A DNA stretch of 64,000 bases, taken from Octopus sinensis (lineage: Eukaryota). A program made the position numbers and the translations under genes. The notes under the pieces were generated by a model. It saw nothing but the letters and a program-made list of their open reading frames with translations. It had not been told where the DNA came from and did not search any database. The DNA lies in the NCBI RefSeq assembly GCF_006345805.1, contig NC_043013.1:43090001-43154000 (forward strand), in the 5' to 3' direction. Of the stretch, positions 13,125-27,300 are shown piece after piece. Each line of letters begins with the position of its first letter. Within the stretch, counting starts at the first letter, position 1.

Positions 13125-16100
13125 GAAACACTTCCAGTTATTTAAGTTCTAAGTCTCTCCTCATCTACTACTCTCTAAGTACATCTGCTTCTCTTATTAC
13201 TCTCCAAACTTGCTCTACTCACCAACAACTCTTTAACCATAAAGGCACAGTTATGTTGAATGAAATCCTTTCCTTCACATTCATGTAATGTTTTTATTAA
13301 TGAATTAACTCTTCTCTAAAATCCTTGACTTCAATACTCTCAGCTCCGTTTGGCTCTTGCTAGTGCTAGATTAACCATTAAGCAAAATAAGCACGTGCTT
13401 AGGGCATCAAAGGAAGGAGGGGGCCATCACAGAAATGCTAAATGGTTTATGACACAAAAGAAGCCACTTTAAACTTACCAAAATAATATTTGGGATGCCT
13501 TATCTCTCTATTAAGTATAGAAGCAGATGTGTTATGTAAGATTAATTTTGAGAATCAGATCAAAAACTTTGCAATTGAAAAAGTAGGGAAAAACTTTGCG
13601 AATACAAATAAAGTGGAAATATACAAAATTAAATTAGTTTTGTTTCCTTTTGAAAAATAAAAATTTATTTTATGGTTTATTATTATTTATACCTTAAATT
13701 ACATATATATGGGGGTACGAAAATCTTCAAAGTGTTTAGGGCCTCTATGGGTCTTAATCCAGTCTTGGCTCTTGCACTCATTCCATACTCATTTCAAACC
13801 AACATCTGTAAAGCTATTATAGGAAATATGGATGATGCTTCTGACTAATTAGTCACTAATGAAGTCACTTGCCAACACACACTAACCTTTGATCCAAAAA
13901 CATGTCTTTCCCCTCTCCTCTCTCAAAATAATGTACAGTATCCAAAGATTATTGCACATTAACAGGAAATATCTTAAATTGAAGAAATGTAAAATTCTTT
14001 ACAGGAATTTTTTGTTTTTTCATTAAAAAATTTTTTTCTAATGGTTTTGTCAGGAGTAAAAGGCTGTGCCCATATCCTGTTTCTTAAAGAAGGCTGATCT
14101 TGTGCCACCGCTACTTTGGCACTCATTCTTTGTTTCCTCACTTCTCTTCTCCTCCCACCCCTTGCCCCATAATAACCACTATACCCAGTCATTTCTCTTT
14201 GGATGTTGGTTTTCTGGAATTCCTTCACTGCAGCCATCAATTTCAATTGTTCAAAAGAAATAGTTCTAATATTTCTTACCAGTCTTGGAGAACCTGTAAA
14301 AACCACGGGCACTGCCCTTTCCTTTGAATCAGTAAAAAAACACCTGAAAATATTTAATATATTGATACTGATTTCAAATTTTGGCACAAGGCCAGCAATT
14401 CCAGAGGAATAGGTAAAGTCATTTACATTGTCCCCAGTGCTCGACTGGTAATTATTTTACTGACTCTGAAAGGATGAAAGGCAGAGTCGACCTTGGCAGG
14501 ATTTGAACTTAGAACACAAAGCTGGATGAAATACTGTGAAGCAATTTGTCCAGTGTGCTAACGATTCTGCCAGCTCGCTGCCTTTTTCAAGATATTGACG
14601 TTGATAACTTTTGGATTGAATACATACATGTAATTTTTCATGTTTAAAGTTTAACTATTTTCTACTGTTTTTGTCTGTTCATACCAGATTTTGGGTGCCA
14701 AAATATTATCAAAAAAACGAAAAACTGGTGTTCAGTATCGTGCTTGCATAGGAATGTCTCAGCCTGAAGAGGCTGAAAAATGTATCAAGTTTTTGAACCA
14801 AACTAAAATTGAAGGCCATAAGATAAAAGTTCTTAAGGTGAGTTATCCTCTCTTCATTGGTTTGTCTTCAGACCAGATGGTCAGCTACTGAATTAGGTAT
14901 ATATGATGAGCTTTATTGTTATTTACTATTGGAATATTGATGGTCATCGTTTCCAATAGATATAGATTTTGGAGCAAGTTGAGTTAATCAGGTTATTGCA
15001 GTATAAATGTTTAACTCTTGAAAAGAATAGACATTTATATATCAGGTGTTCAGGCTAAATTTGACATGGTTAACTCTTAACTCTTTCGTTACTATTTATT
15101 TCGAGATGCTCTGTGTTTCTTTCAATTATTTAAAATATAACAGAAAATTTAGTAAAATAGCTTAGTTATCATTAACCCTTTAGCATTTAAACCGGCCATA
15201 TCCGGCCAAAAGTATTCTGCCTGTTTTATGTTCAAACTGGCCAGATCTCACACCAACCCTACAATATCGTTTTAAAAATTAACAGCTACCTCATCAAAAT
15301 CTCATAGCTACAAGATAATGCATGATTAGTTCAAAACAATGTGGATAAAAAAAAGTATTAATTTTGGCAGAATAATGTGAACACTAAGGGTTAAGCTAGT
15401 GTTAGAAACCTAAATTGTAACTAAGGTTTCATGGAAGATTTTAATTCAAAGCTTATGAAAACAAGACATTTGTTCTACAGATCCAGAGCTGGTTTCAGCC
15501 ATGTTGGTAACAAAAGGGTTAAAGCGGATAGGCGTTTATATACTGGGTATTTGGGTTAAATTTGACATGGTTAATTCTTAAAGAGGGTAGATGTTTATAC
15601 ACCGAGTGTTCAGGCTAAATTTGACAGTTTGCATAAAAAGAAAAAAAAAACATCTCATCCAAAATTTAAATATTTAAAAAATAAAAAATATGGGTCGATT
15701 TGCTCGACTAAAGGCGGTGCTCCAGCATGGCCGCAGTCAAATGACTGAAACAAGTAAAAGAGTAAAGAGTAAGAGTAAACCAGATTATGGCTGGGAGATA
15801 ACAGTTTAAAGGTAGCAGCTCAAGACAGCCTCAAGACAGCTTCAGAACCTGGTGTATGCATTCTCCACTGTGTTCCTGGGAAGATATTTGAACACCACCC
15901 TGATCTTGGCTACCAGCTCAGTCTTGGTGTTTCAAATAGAGCAGCTGTTATCTTTCTCACCTGTGCCCCACATGTAGTAATCAATGGGATTACGATCAGG
16001 GGAATTAATAATGAGGCCAGAAATTGGAGCTGGTGAAGTTGTAGGCATTCTGTGACAACCACTTCCAGCTCATTCTGTAAATGTGACAAAGAACCAAATC

Positions 16101-19100
16101 CTGCTACCACACATATGGCCTTCTAGCATCAACTCTTTTCAGCCAGGGATTGGGATGTTCAAAGATGTGGAGATGGATTCTGACTTGTGGATTCAGTCAG
16201 AATGCATGCTGTGTCCCTTCCAACTGGCCATAACTTTGTAGTCTCCATTGCACCTGTCCATGTCACATCAAACAGTATTCACAGAGCATTGAGCAGCATG
16301 TCAGTATTTTGATACTCAGTGTGAATTATCATGATACAGGCAACTCTTTTTTTCCAATATTTAGATGGTTTCCAGTGTTCCATGTCAGCTAACTTTTTCT
16401 CAACTACAGCTTTAATAGTTATGCTCTCCAACTTTGTGGACTGTTGACTGTCCACTGATACATCAAGCAGTTTGGAGGGGGGGGGGACAAAGAAAGTGGT
16501 CAAGTTTAGCCTGGACACTGTATGTTGTCAACTGTTTAAGTAAATAGATATCTGGTTATCTATTTAAGAAAGTAGATATAGATAGACGTGATCAGCTATT
16601 TAGATAGGTGTTAGTCAGTTGTTACCCTTGTGACTAGACATGTTTTCACGGAAGGTTGGAGACAAGATAAAACTTGTATGATGGTGACGTTCCTCTTATA
16701 ACTATCATATGATGTTAACCCTTTCGTTACTGTATTTAGTTTGAGATGCTCTGTGTTTCTTACAATTATTTTAAATATGACAAAGAATTTAGTAAAATAA
16801 CTTAGTTATCTTTCAGCTGGTGTTAGGAACATAAATTGTGACTAAGGTTTGGTGGAAGATTTTAATTCAAAATGTATGAAAACAAGACATTTTACCACAG
16901 AGCCGGTTTTGGCCAGGTTAGTAACAAAAGGGTTAAAGCAAAGAAACAGTTGCATGCATGCACACATACATACATACACACACACACACACGATAGGCGT
17001 ATTTCAGTTTCTGTTTGCCAAATCCACTAACAAGGTTTTAGGCTGCCTGGGGCTATAGTAGAAGACGCAATCACTTCCAACCCTATAGCTTTGAGAAAAT
17101 ATTAACTTGCTTGAAAATTTTTTAGGATTGGCAACAGGAAGAGCATCTAGCTGTTGAAAATCTTCCTCAAGAAATTCTCTTTGACCTGTGCAGCCATGGA
17201 AAAAAGTGGATGTTGAATGATGAGGATGATGATAGTTTTAATATGGTTTGTTAGTTTTATGTGGCTTTCTTTTCTACATTTTATGTTGTTTTATATCAGA
17301 AACGATGGAGACAAAACAGTCTGTGGAGAAAACTCGAACTCGCTCAAAAACAGGAGGAGTCTTTCAGATTGTTTCAACATGGTGAACAGTTAAGGTTTGT
17401 TGAAATTCCACTGAAATTATAATTGTTTAATGCTGGATTCCATCATTGTATTCTTTTATTCTTTTACTTGTTTTTGTCATTTGACTGTGGCCATGCTGGG
17501 ACACTGCCTTGAAGGGTTTTAGTCAAACAAATCAACCCCAGGACTTTTTTTTTAAAGAGACTGGTACTTACTCTATTGGTCTCTCTGTGGCAAACCACTG
17601 CATCACAGGGGTGTAAACACATCAACACCGGTTGTCATGTAGTGGTGGTGGAAGATAAACATAAAGACACACACATATGGCGGGTTCTTTCAGTTTCCAT
17701 CTACCAAATCCACTTGAGGCTTTGGTCGGCCCAAGGCTATAGTAGAATACACTTGCCCAAAGTGCCACACAGTGGAACTGAACCCAGAGCCATGTTGTTG
17801 GGAAGCAGACTTCTTACCACACAACCATGCTTTTCTGTGCAGCACATTGGACAAGTGTCTTGTATCATATGCCCAGATTGACCAATGCTTTGTCAGTGAA
17901 ATTTGGTAGATGCAAACTATGTTAAACCTCATCTGAGGGGCTATTCCAGTTTTTGGTAAAAGAATACTCCTGTCACCTGGTTTAACACCACATTGGCCCT
18001 TGGCTGCTTTCAGGCTAGGTCTTTAATCTATGGATAGCTTCTTCCCTTCTAATCAATCTTGGATTGGAAACACTGAAAAAACACATTTTGTGTACTGCTT
18101 TTCATTTTCTGACTAAGTTATAAATCATTTTAAAATCTTTTGAATAGCATATTTGGCTTATGATGAATTTGGAATTTAATTTGTTTCAAAAGCTGGAGTT
18201 AAGTCAAGAGGAAAAAATCCAATTAGTTGGTTGGGCATCACTGAAAATGTTGTACTCTTTATAGAGATGAAAAGAGGATATACTCCTTAGCATGGAAATT
18301 TAATGAAATGATTGTCAGACATACAGTTTCTCGATTCTTGTGGTGAACTGTTGTTTGTGTTGTTGCTTAGTCTCAGATCAAATCTTATTATGCAGACATA
18401 TGATTGAAGACATTCCAGCTGTAACCATCCCATTTTTTATGGCTATCTTTAGAACTATCTTCTTCAATACATATATTTTTTAAGATGAGAGAATGACGAT
18501 GTTATATGTTCAAGATTTCTTGTAGGCACAAGCGTGGATGTATGGTAAGAAGCTTGCTTCTTAACAACATGATTCTGGGTTCAGTCCTACTGTATGGTAC
18601 CTTGGGCTGACCAAGACCTTGTGAGTGGAGGGTTTGGTAGACATAAACTGAAAAAACCCCCGTTGTATATGTGTTTGTTTCTGTGTTTGTCCCTAACCAA
18701 TGTTTGACAACTGTTGTTGGTGTGTGTGCATGTCCCCATAACTTAGTGGTTTGGCAAAAGAGATTGATAGAATAACTACCAGGCTTTAAAAAAAAAATAT
18801 GTGCTGAGGGCGATTCATTCAACTAAAATTCTTTAAGCTCGTGTCCCAGCATGACTGCAGTCTAATGACTGATGCAAGTAAAAGATAAAAGATAGGTCAA
18901 ACAATCACACAGACTCTCTAAACTGTACCTCTACATGATACATATTTAGTGTTATGTGAATGTTAGCTTGATACTTAAATGTCTCTGTCCAAATGTGACT
19001 TCTCTTTTCTGAAAAATGAAATGTGTTTATATATTATCCTTACAACTCAAAAATACCCTATGTCAAGAAGCTGTTCTTTATCCTGTCTATGTTTAAACGC

Positions 19101-21336
19101 TTTATTAAAACCTTCCATATCAGGTTGAAATATTTTTGCCATTTTTTTTTTTGTTCAAACTGACCAGATTAAGTCTTTCATACTCATCCTACAATGGCAT
19201 TCTAAAATAATCTCATCATTCAAAGCTATTAGATAATGCATGATTAATTCCAAACAGCGTGATGCTTATTTATATAAGCATTGCATTTGAAAGTGAAGGT
19301 GCATGGCTCAGTGGTTAGAGCATCAAGCTTACGATTGTGAGGTTGAATCCTGGACCGGGCTGCATGTTGTGTTCTTGAGCAAGACACTTTATTTCATGTT
19401 GCTCCTGTTCACTCAGCGGTAGAAATGAGTTGCAACGTCACAGGGGCCGAGCTGTATCAGCCTTTGCCTTTCCCTTGGATAACATCGGTGGTGTGGAGAG
19501 GGGAGGCCAGTATGCATGGGCGGCTGCTGGTCTCCCATAAACAATCCTGCTTTGACTTGTGCTTGGGAGGGTAACTTTCTAGGTGTAATCCCATGGTCAG
19601 TCATGCCCGAAGGGGGTCTCAGCCACATTTGACAGTAATCTGAATGCTAAAGGGTTAAAGAGTTTACTCTTTTATTCTTTTACTTGTTTCAGTCATTTGA
19701 CTGCAGCCATGCTGGAGCACCGCCTTTAATTGAGCAACTCGACCCCACGACTTATTCTTTTGTAAACCCAGTACTTATTCTGTCAAGTCTCTTTGCTGAA
19801 CCGCTAAGTAACGGGGACCTAAACACCAGCATCGGTTGTCAAGTAATGCTAGGAGGACAAACACACACACGCATACATATATATATATACATATATATGA
19901 CAGGCTTCTTTCAGTTTCCGTCTACCAAATCCACTCACAAGGCTTTGGTCGGCCTGAGGCTATAGTAGAAGACACTTGACCAAGGTGCCACGCAGTGGGA
20001 CTGAACCAGGAACCATGTGGTTGGTAAACAAGCTACTTACCACACAGCCACTCCTGCACCTATTTGTTTAGATAGCTGCAGCTGCTTCTAATATTTCAAA
20101 TATTTAAGGTTAGAAAAGTGATCTTGGGACAAATGCTTAATTTTCCCAGAGATTCCAATGTAAGTTTCTTCGATATTCTGTAAAGTAATACTAGTCAGAT
20201 TAGTTGCAGGTTGGTGTGTGTAGGCTATGATTTTCGTTTTCTTTTTGTTTAAATTTTTGATATCTTTATTTATGTTATTTCACACTTTTCAGGTGGGAGA
20301 AAATGAAACTACAAAATCAGAACCTATCAAAATTTGAAATAGGAAGACAACTTCTTGAACTGAATTTTCGATGGACAGAGGTGTTGCGGTGAGTGAGACA
20401 GATTGTGTTGTCACTCTGTCGACTTAAATTTTTTTATCATTGTCTTTGACATCACTTATATAACTTGACTAATTTATTTTATTCCCCTTGGGGGCTGAAA
20501 TTTCTGGTGTTTTGCTTGACAAGCAACCAAGACTTTTGGCAGTTAGCTGTGCTTGAGAAGATACGTGAAGCTAAATAAAATTGTGGCTCATCATCATCAT
20601 CATCTTTTAACATCTGTTGTCCATGCTGGCATGGGTTGGATAATTTGAGCAAAGCTGGGGAGCTGCACCAGACTTCAGTTTGATTTGGCATGGTTTCCTC
20701 AGCTGGATGCCCTTTCTAACACTAACCACTTTATAGTGTGTGCTGGGTGCTTTCACATGGCACTGCCAGAAGTGCTTTTCACCACCAGAGGGACGGGTCT
20801 TAATACTTCTGCTGTAATATTTTTCTTCATATTCCACTCAATCAGGATTGACAGCAACATATTTATAAAGCAACCTTGTTTTATGAAAAATGAAATTATT
20901 TACTGTGAAGGTCTCTTGTTTTTCAGTAGCAAAGAATAAATCCCATTATCTACATTGGTATATCAGCTATTGTATTGATATTGGAGCTGTTTATTGTCTT
21001 ATTCTCTGGCTATAAATCAACTATTGATCAGTCCAGATTGTGTAGACCTATAGTCAAAGCTGTGATCGTTCAACCTATTTTTAAGACTTGAGAAATATGT
21101 TGTCCAATGTATCTGATTTTTTGCTCTCTTTTTTTTTTTCTTTTTTCGAGAGATGGTGAGGAACGATTTTTTAAAACTCTTTTTCTTTCTAAAGGAAGAT
21201 TTGGCTGCTGTTGCTAGTATGTTGAATGCCATAGAGCAGTTTTCCCACCCTATTTTTTCCCAGGCCCTACTATAACTTTCCAGAAAAATATATGTCCCCC
21301 TGGTAGTTGGAAAAAAAAAATCAACTTTATCTTTTG

Positions 21337-21373
<37 letters not shown>

Positions 21374-24300
21374 GCACGCACATACATGATGGGCTTGTTT
21401 CAGTTTCCATCTACCAAATCTACTCAAGGCTTTTTGGACAGCTTGATACTATGGTAGAATACACTTGCCTAAGGTGCCACACAATGGGACTGAACCTGGA
21501 ACCATGTGATTGGGAAGCAAGCTACTTACCACACAGCCACGCCTTTCATAATTATATACTTTTCTTAATGCCCACACTGGGGCATTAGAATAGCGCTATA
21601 CTGTAGCAAACAGTCTTCATACTGTATGCTTGGCTGGGGGGATTAACTTGGCTAGGCTGAGTATAGGTGTGGTCTGTTTGCTGTAAAAAGATTTTCAAAA
21701 TTACATGTCCCACTAAAAAAAAAAAATGTTAACTCCCACACCCTACCACAATCTTCCCAGGTCCCACTGGTGGGAATGTATGCCCCACTTGTCTCGGTGG
21801 TGTCTTGACTATTTACTATCTTTTCCTCTATCATTCAGTGCAGCAGTTGTTTACTTTATTTTTCTGTTTGTTGTTTTAAATAGGCTGAATGAGATGAGAA
21901 ATGCCATAGAAAATCCTGGTGATCCAAGAAATATGAATAAGGGATCACGGAGGAACAGTTCCCATACCCCCTCCATGTTTCAATTTCCATTCCAAAATCA
22001 ACCCTGGTAAGTCATGCATGACAGAGACAATTTATCTTTTAATCTTCATCTTGTTTTGGTCATTGTACTATAGCCATGCTGGGGTACTGCTGTGAAACGT
22101 TTAGTCAAACAACTTGACTCCGTTACTAAGTTTTTTATGAAAGCCTGGTGCTTATTCTGTCGATCTCTATTTGCCAAATTACTAAGTTATGGGGAAGTAA
22201 GCAAATCAACACTGGTTGTCAAGCAGTGGTAGGGGATAAGCACAAAGACTCAAACATATAGATGGATATATACATGCGCACACACACACACACACACAGA
22301 GTGACAGGCTTCTTTCAGTTTCCATCTACCAAATCCATTCGCAAGGCTTTGGTTGACCCAAAGCTGCAGTAGAAGACACTTTCCCAAGGTGCTGTGCAGT
22401 GAGACTGAACTTGGAACAATATGGTTGGGAAGCTAACTTCTTATCACACAGGCTCGACCACATTTTCGGGGGGGGGGTAGAAAGATTTAGCTGCTGTTTC
22501 TAGTATGTTGAGTACTATATTCATGTTGGCTTGCTTGGTACTCTGATCATTTACCCTTCTGTAAAAAGTTATTTACTATCTTATCCTCTGGCTGCTTATT
22601 CTGCGCAGTATCTTCATTTCGCTGTTTATTGTTTAAAATAGGCTGGAAGAAATGACATGTTCTGTGAAAAGGCCTCTGGATTGAGGCAACCCATGTAAGG
22701 GAGAGTTCTCCAGTGGATTCACAGGATCAAAGGAGAGAAATTCCAATATTCTGTCTATATTTGAACTTCCATCCCAAAATCAATCTCAGTAAGTTGTGTG
22801 TGATGGAGACAATTCAGTGAATCCATTTTTTTTTCTTTAGCAAATGATTTTTCAGAAGATTTGGTTGCTGTTTCTTGTCTGTCAAGTACCATGGAGGCAC
22901 TTGTGTTGGTTCAGTTGGTGTTTAGGGTTAAGGTTATTTAATGTTTTCCTCTCACTGCTTATCATTCGATCCAGCAATTGTTTATTTCTGTTAACTTCAT
23001 TTTCCTGTTTATTGTTTAAAACAGGATGGAAGCAAGCCATTCCATGCAGAGATCTCAATTTCAAAGTAACCGAGATGGACCCACACAATCAAAGAGAAAG
23101 AGGAATAGGAGGTTCAATGTCCATGTCCCCTCTCTATTTGAACTTCCATTCCACAATCAACCTTGGTAAGCTGTGTGTGATGGACACCAATATACCATTG
23201 CTTTCATTTTACAGTAATCCCTTGACTATTGCAAGTGTTGCTTTTGAAAAAAAACCCTCGATAGGTGAAAGTCCGTGAAATAGAAACAGTAATGTACTGT
23301 ATATTTTATTATTTTTATAATTTGTATATATTTATTACAAATGCAAAACAACACTACACACTCGCCTCCTGGCTTTAGTTTTCCATACGGTGTGTGCAAT
23401 TCTTTGTTTACTCATCTACGGTACACTACGTATTTTCTTTTAATATATTTTAATTAATGTGTTATACAGTACAGAAAGAGCTGTATTTTTATTGATTGAA
23501 TTTTAGGCATGAAAATGCTTATTTTACTACAGAAATAATTGAAATTTAAAAAAATATAAACATCTATTGGCCTCAGAAATCCACAATATACTGAGGAGTC
23601 CATGATGTAAATTTACATATATTAGCCTGAAAAATCTACGATGTACTGAGGGTGTGATAGATGAACCATGATATGGCGAGTGGTTACTGTACTAGAATTG
23701 CTGTGTTCTAAATTAACATTACTTTTGCCTTTGGCCTTTTACAAGTGCTAGTGTACATACCTGTCACTAATTGTTCTTGTTTGTGGTTATACCTTTATGT
23801 CTCACCATACTGAACAGATCTTTGATCAGAGGTATTTAAGTCTTGATTATTCCATCTGTTTTTAGACATAATATAGGCTTACATTATCTGATTGATTGAT
23901 TGATTGATTCCAGTTTCAGCTCATGAGCTGTGGCCATGCTGGGGCACTGCCATTTAAATTTTCATGGCAACAAAGAATGATTTGACAAAAATTTGGTTGC
24001 CATTTTTTAGTTGCCTTAGCTGTCACATAAAGACACTCTTGTTGGCACAACTGGTGTCCTAGTTGTTTATTGTTCAGAGTTAAGCCTATCATCTTATCAT
24101 CTATCTGCTTATCATTCAGTAGAGGGTTGTTTACTTTTGTTAATGTCATTTTGTTGTTTACTATTTAAAATAGGCTGAAAGACACAATCGGTTCCATGCA
24201 AAAACCTCAAGATGGAAGCAATCCCCAAATTGAAGCCCTCTTGGCTGGACCCATGGGATCGCTAATGAGAAATTCCCCTATACTCGCTGCATTAGGACTT

Positions 24301-27300
24301 CTATTACAAAGTCAGTTTCGGTAAGCAGTGTGATAGAGATTACTGGAAATGTGATGTTCTAAATTAAAATTTCTTTCACCTTTTTTAATGTTGGCATCTT
24401 ACAAGTGCGTGTGTGTATCATTTTTTATCTCTTTTTCTCACAGTGTTAATGAATACAAGAACACAGATTATGGAAAACAAGTTCAGCATAATGAGAGGAG
24501 TGGGAAAGTTTTGGGAGGTGGAAGCCATTCTGATGTCCCTGAAGTTTCGGGAGATGGAAGCCATTCTGATGTTCCTGAAGTTTCGGGAGGTGGAAGCCAA
24601 TCTGATGTCCCTGAAGTTTCGGGAGGTGGAAGCCAATCTGATGTCCCTGAAGTTTCGGGAGGTGGAAGCCAATCTGATGTCCCTGAAGTTTCGGGAGGTG
24701 GAAGCCATTCTGATGTCCCTGAAGAAAAACAAATGAAGAAGCAGAGAACAGATCCTTTCCCAGATGTTCAAAAGAAAGTTGAAACACAAATTGAAGAAAA
24801 ACTTAAACAGTAATTTTGCTTGTTATTTAAACGTCTTAACTTTTACTTTTGATTTTAACTATATAAAATCCATGTTGATCTAAACGTGAGCTGATATATA
24901 GATGAGTTTTGTTGTAAACAATATTCTTCATATAGATCAGTGTTGGTGCATGCACCAGCCTCTGTCTTGGTCAGTGTTGATGCATATACCAGCTTTTCGT
25001 AGAGGTCAATGCTAGTCATTAATTGTTCTTGTTTTGTGATTCTAAATCCACAGCTTGTGTTGTTTACTCCTAGGTTTCATCAAATTGAGCAGACCTTTGA
25101 TCAAAGGTATTCCGGTCTTGATCATTCCATCTATTTTTAGACATAATGTAGGCCTACATTATCTGTTGCATCCATTTAAAATTTTAAGCCAATAAATAGT
25201 GATTTGTCAAAGATTTGGCTGTTGATTTTCATTGAGTAATCACCTAGAAGTACGCTCCTTAGCTTAGTTGTGTATTATTGAGATTTAAGGCTATTTACTA
25301 TCTTTTCCCTTACCTGCTATCATTCAGTACAGCAATTGTTTACTTCTGTTAACTTCATTTGTTGCTTATTCTTTAAAATAGGCTGAGAGAACTGGTACAT
25401 TCCATACAGATGCCTCTGAATCAAAGGAAACAACACGAGGAACCCAATCGACCCAGCATGAGCAATTATAACAACGCTTCTAGATTTGATCTTCCATTCC
25501 AGAATGAATCTCGGTAAGCTGTGTGTACTGGAAACCCTGTGTGTAGGGCTTCATTGATTTCTTATTCATTGAAATTGTGATGTTCAACATTAAAGTTTCT
25601 CCTTTTCTTTTTCTTTTCTCAGTTTTGTCTTCTTGTGTGTAATTATATAAGTATCTGCATTATATGTCTATTTGTGTGTGTACACACTCTCACCCACACA
25701 CATATATGCATGTATTATGTTTGTGTATATACATACTTACTCTCACACGTGTATGTATGTTTGTGTGTGTGTGTGTATATATATAAACTAACAGTGGAAT
25801 AAACAGATACACTTTTCCCTTACGTATCTACATAGTATATATTGTTTACTGGGTACTGCTGACCAAATCTGTGGTTGATGCAAAGTCTCAGTTAGGCCGA
25901 GGGCGACTTGGTGGTGGAACAAGGAGGTGGACAGTGCTATAAGAGCAAAGAGACAGGCTTGGAAGGACTGGGAAAACGGTGGAAGCAAAGCATTGTATCA
26001 GGGAGCCAGAAGGAAGGCTAGGCAATATCCTGTGAAGACATGGTCTGTCATGGGCAATGTTACGTTAGTTAGAAACAAAGGTTGGTGAAAGGAAAGGCAT
26101 CTAACTGTAGAAAATCTGCCCCAGTAAACTCTATCAAACCCATTCAAGCCTAGTGGTTAGTGGTTTCAGACTTTGAGATCAAAGAACTTACAGACACAAA
26201 TCAATATGAAAAAGGAAGATATAAAGGCTTTAAGATGCAGTGAACAGTCAGGGATTTAGAGACATATTAATCAAAACATTTCTTGAGGCGAGAAGAGGAA
26301 ATAGTGAAGTAATCAGGACCGTTAAAGGCAAGAGATGTTGACGTAACAAAAAATGTTAAGTTTTAAAAACAACACAGTAAAACACTAATTTAAAAAGTCT
26401 AGAGAAGTTGTACAACTGGTGCATGTATATGAACAGCAATGCTACATGGTGGTGAGATGTGGGCCTTGAATGCAGAGAACATGTGAAGGCTAGAGAGAAA
26501 TGAAGCTATTATGCTCTGCTGGCTGTGCAATGGAGTGCTAATGTAGTGTGAGAAAAGTTTGAGATAAGAGGAATTAGATGTAGTGTGCAAGACAAGATGT
26601 GTTGGTTTGGTCATTGGATGCCAATCCCTTAAAGTGGATGGGGCTTGTAGAAGGGGGAGACCCAGGAAAACATGGGATGGAGTACTGAAAGCCAATCTCA
26701 AGACACTTAGCCTTATGAAGGATATGACAAAGGACTGAGATATCGGCATCTTGCTGTAATCAAGAAGACCCATCCACCACTGCAGAATTGATACCTGTAC
26801 TGATGCCATGTAAAAAGCACCCAGTACATTGTAAAATAGTTTTAGGAAGGGCATCCAGCTGTAAAAACCATGCCAGAACAGACAAAGGAGCCTGGTGTGC
26901 CCCCCTCCCGGGCTTTACCAGCTCCTGTCAAACTGTCCAACCCATGCCAGCATGGAAAAACAGACATTAAATGATAAGATGATGATGATGTACAAAGTCC
27001 AGAGAGGAAGGAATATCTATAGTATAGTGAAGAACTGATAGCAGTAGATGTGTGTGTAGTAGTAGTAGTAGTAGATGGGTTTGTAACAGAAAGAAAACTA
27101 ATTATCTAAAAATTCCACATCTGCACAAACATCTGAAACCCTATCCAGAAAAGGCCGATTGATTGGCATGAAGTTACAGATGTGTTCCAGCCCCTTGTCC
27201 ACAAGCACATTGTCTCCTACCGTTGCTATAATAGCCTCTGCTCCTCAGGAAATAGTTGTTTTAAGCCACCCACTTCCAGACATTCCAATTCCACTTACCT

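Noticed and set aside
24808-24813. Exon B1 donor overlapping an in-frame stop (CA|GTAA), suggesting a dual terminal exon
   Set aside because: Any phase-2 donor beginning GTAA gives an in-frame TAA, and most A and B exons here do the same. Not informative without 3'-end data.
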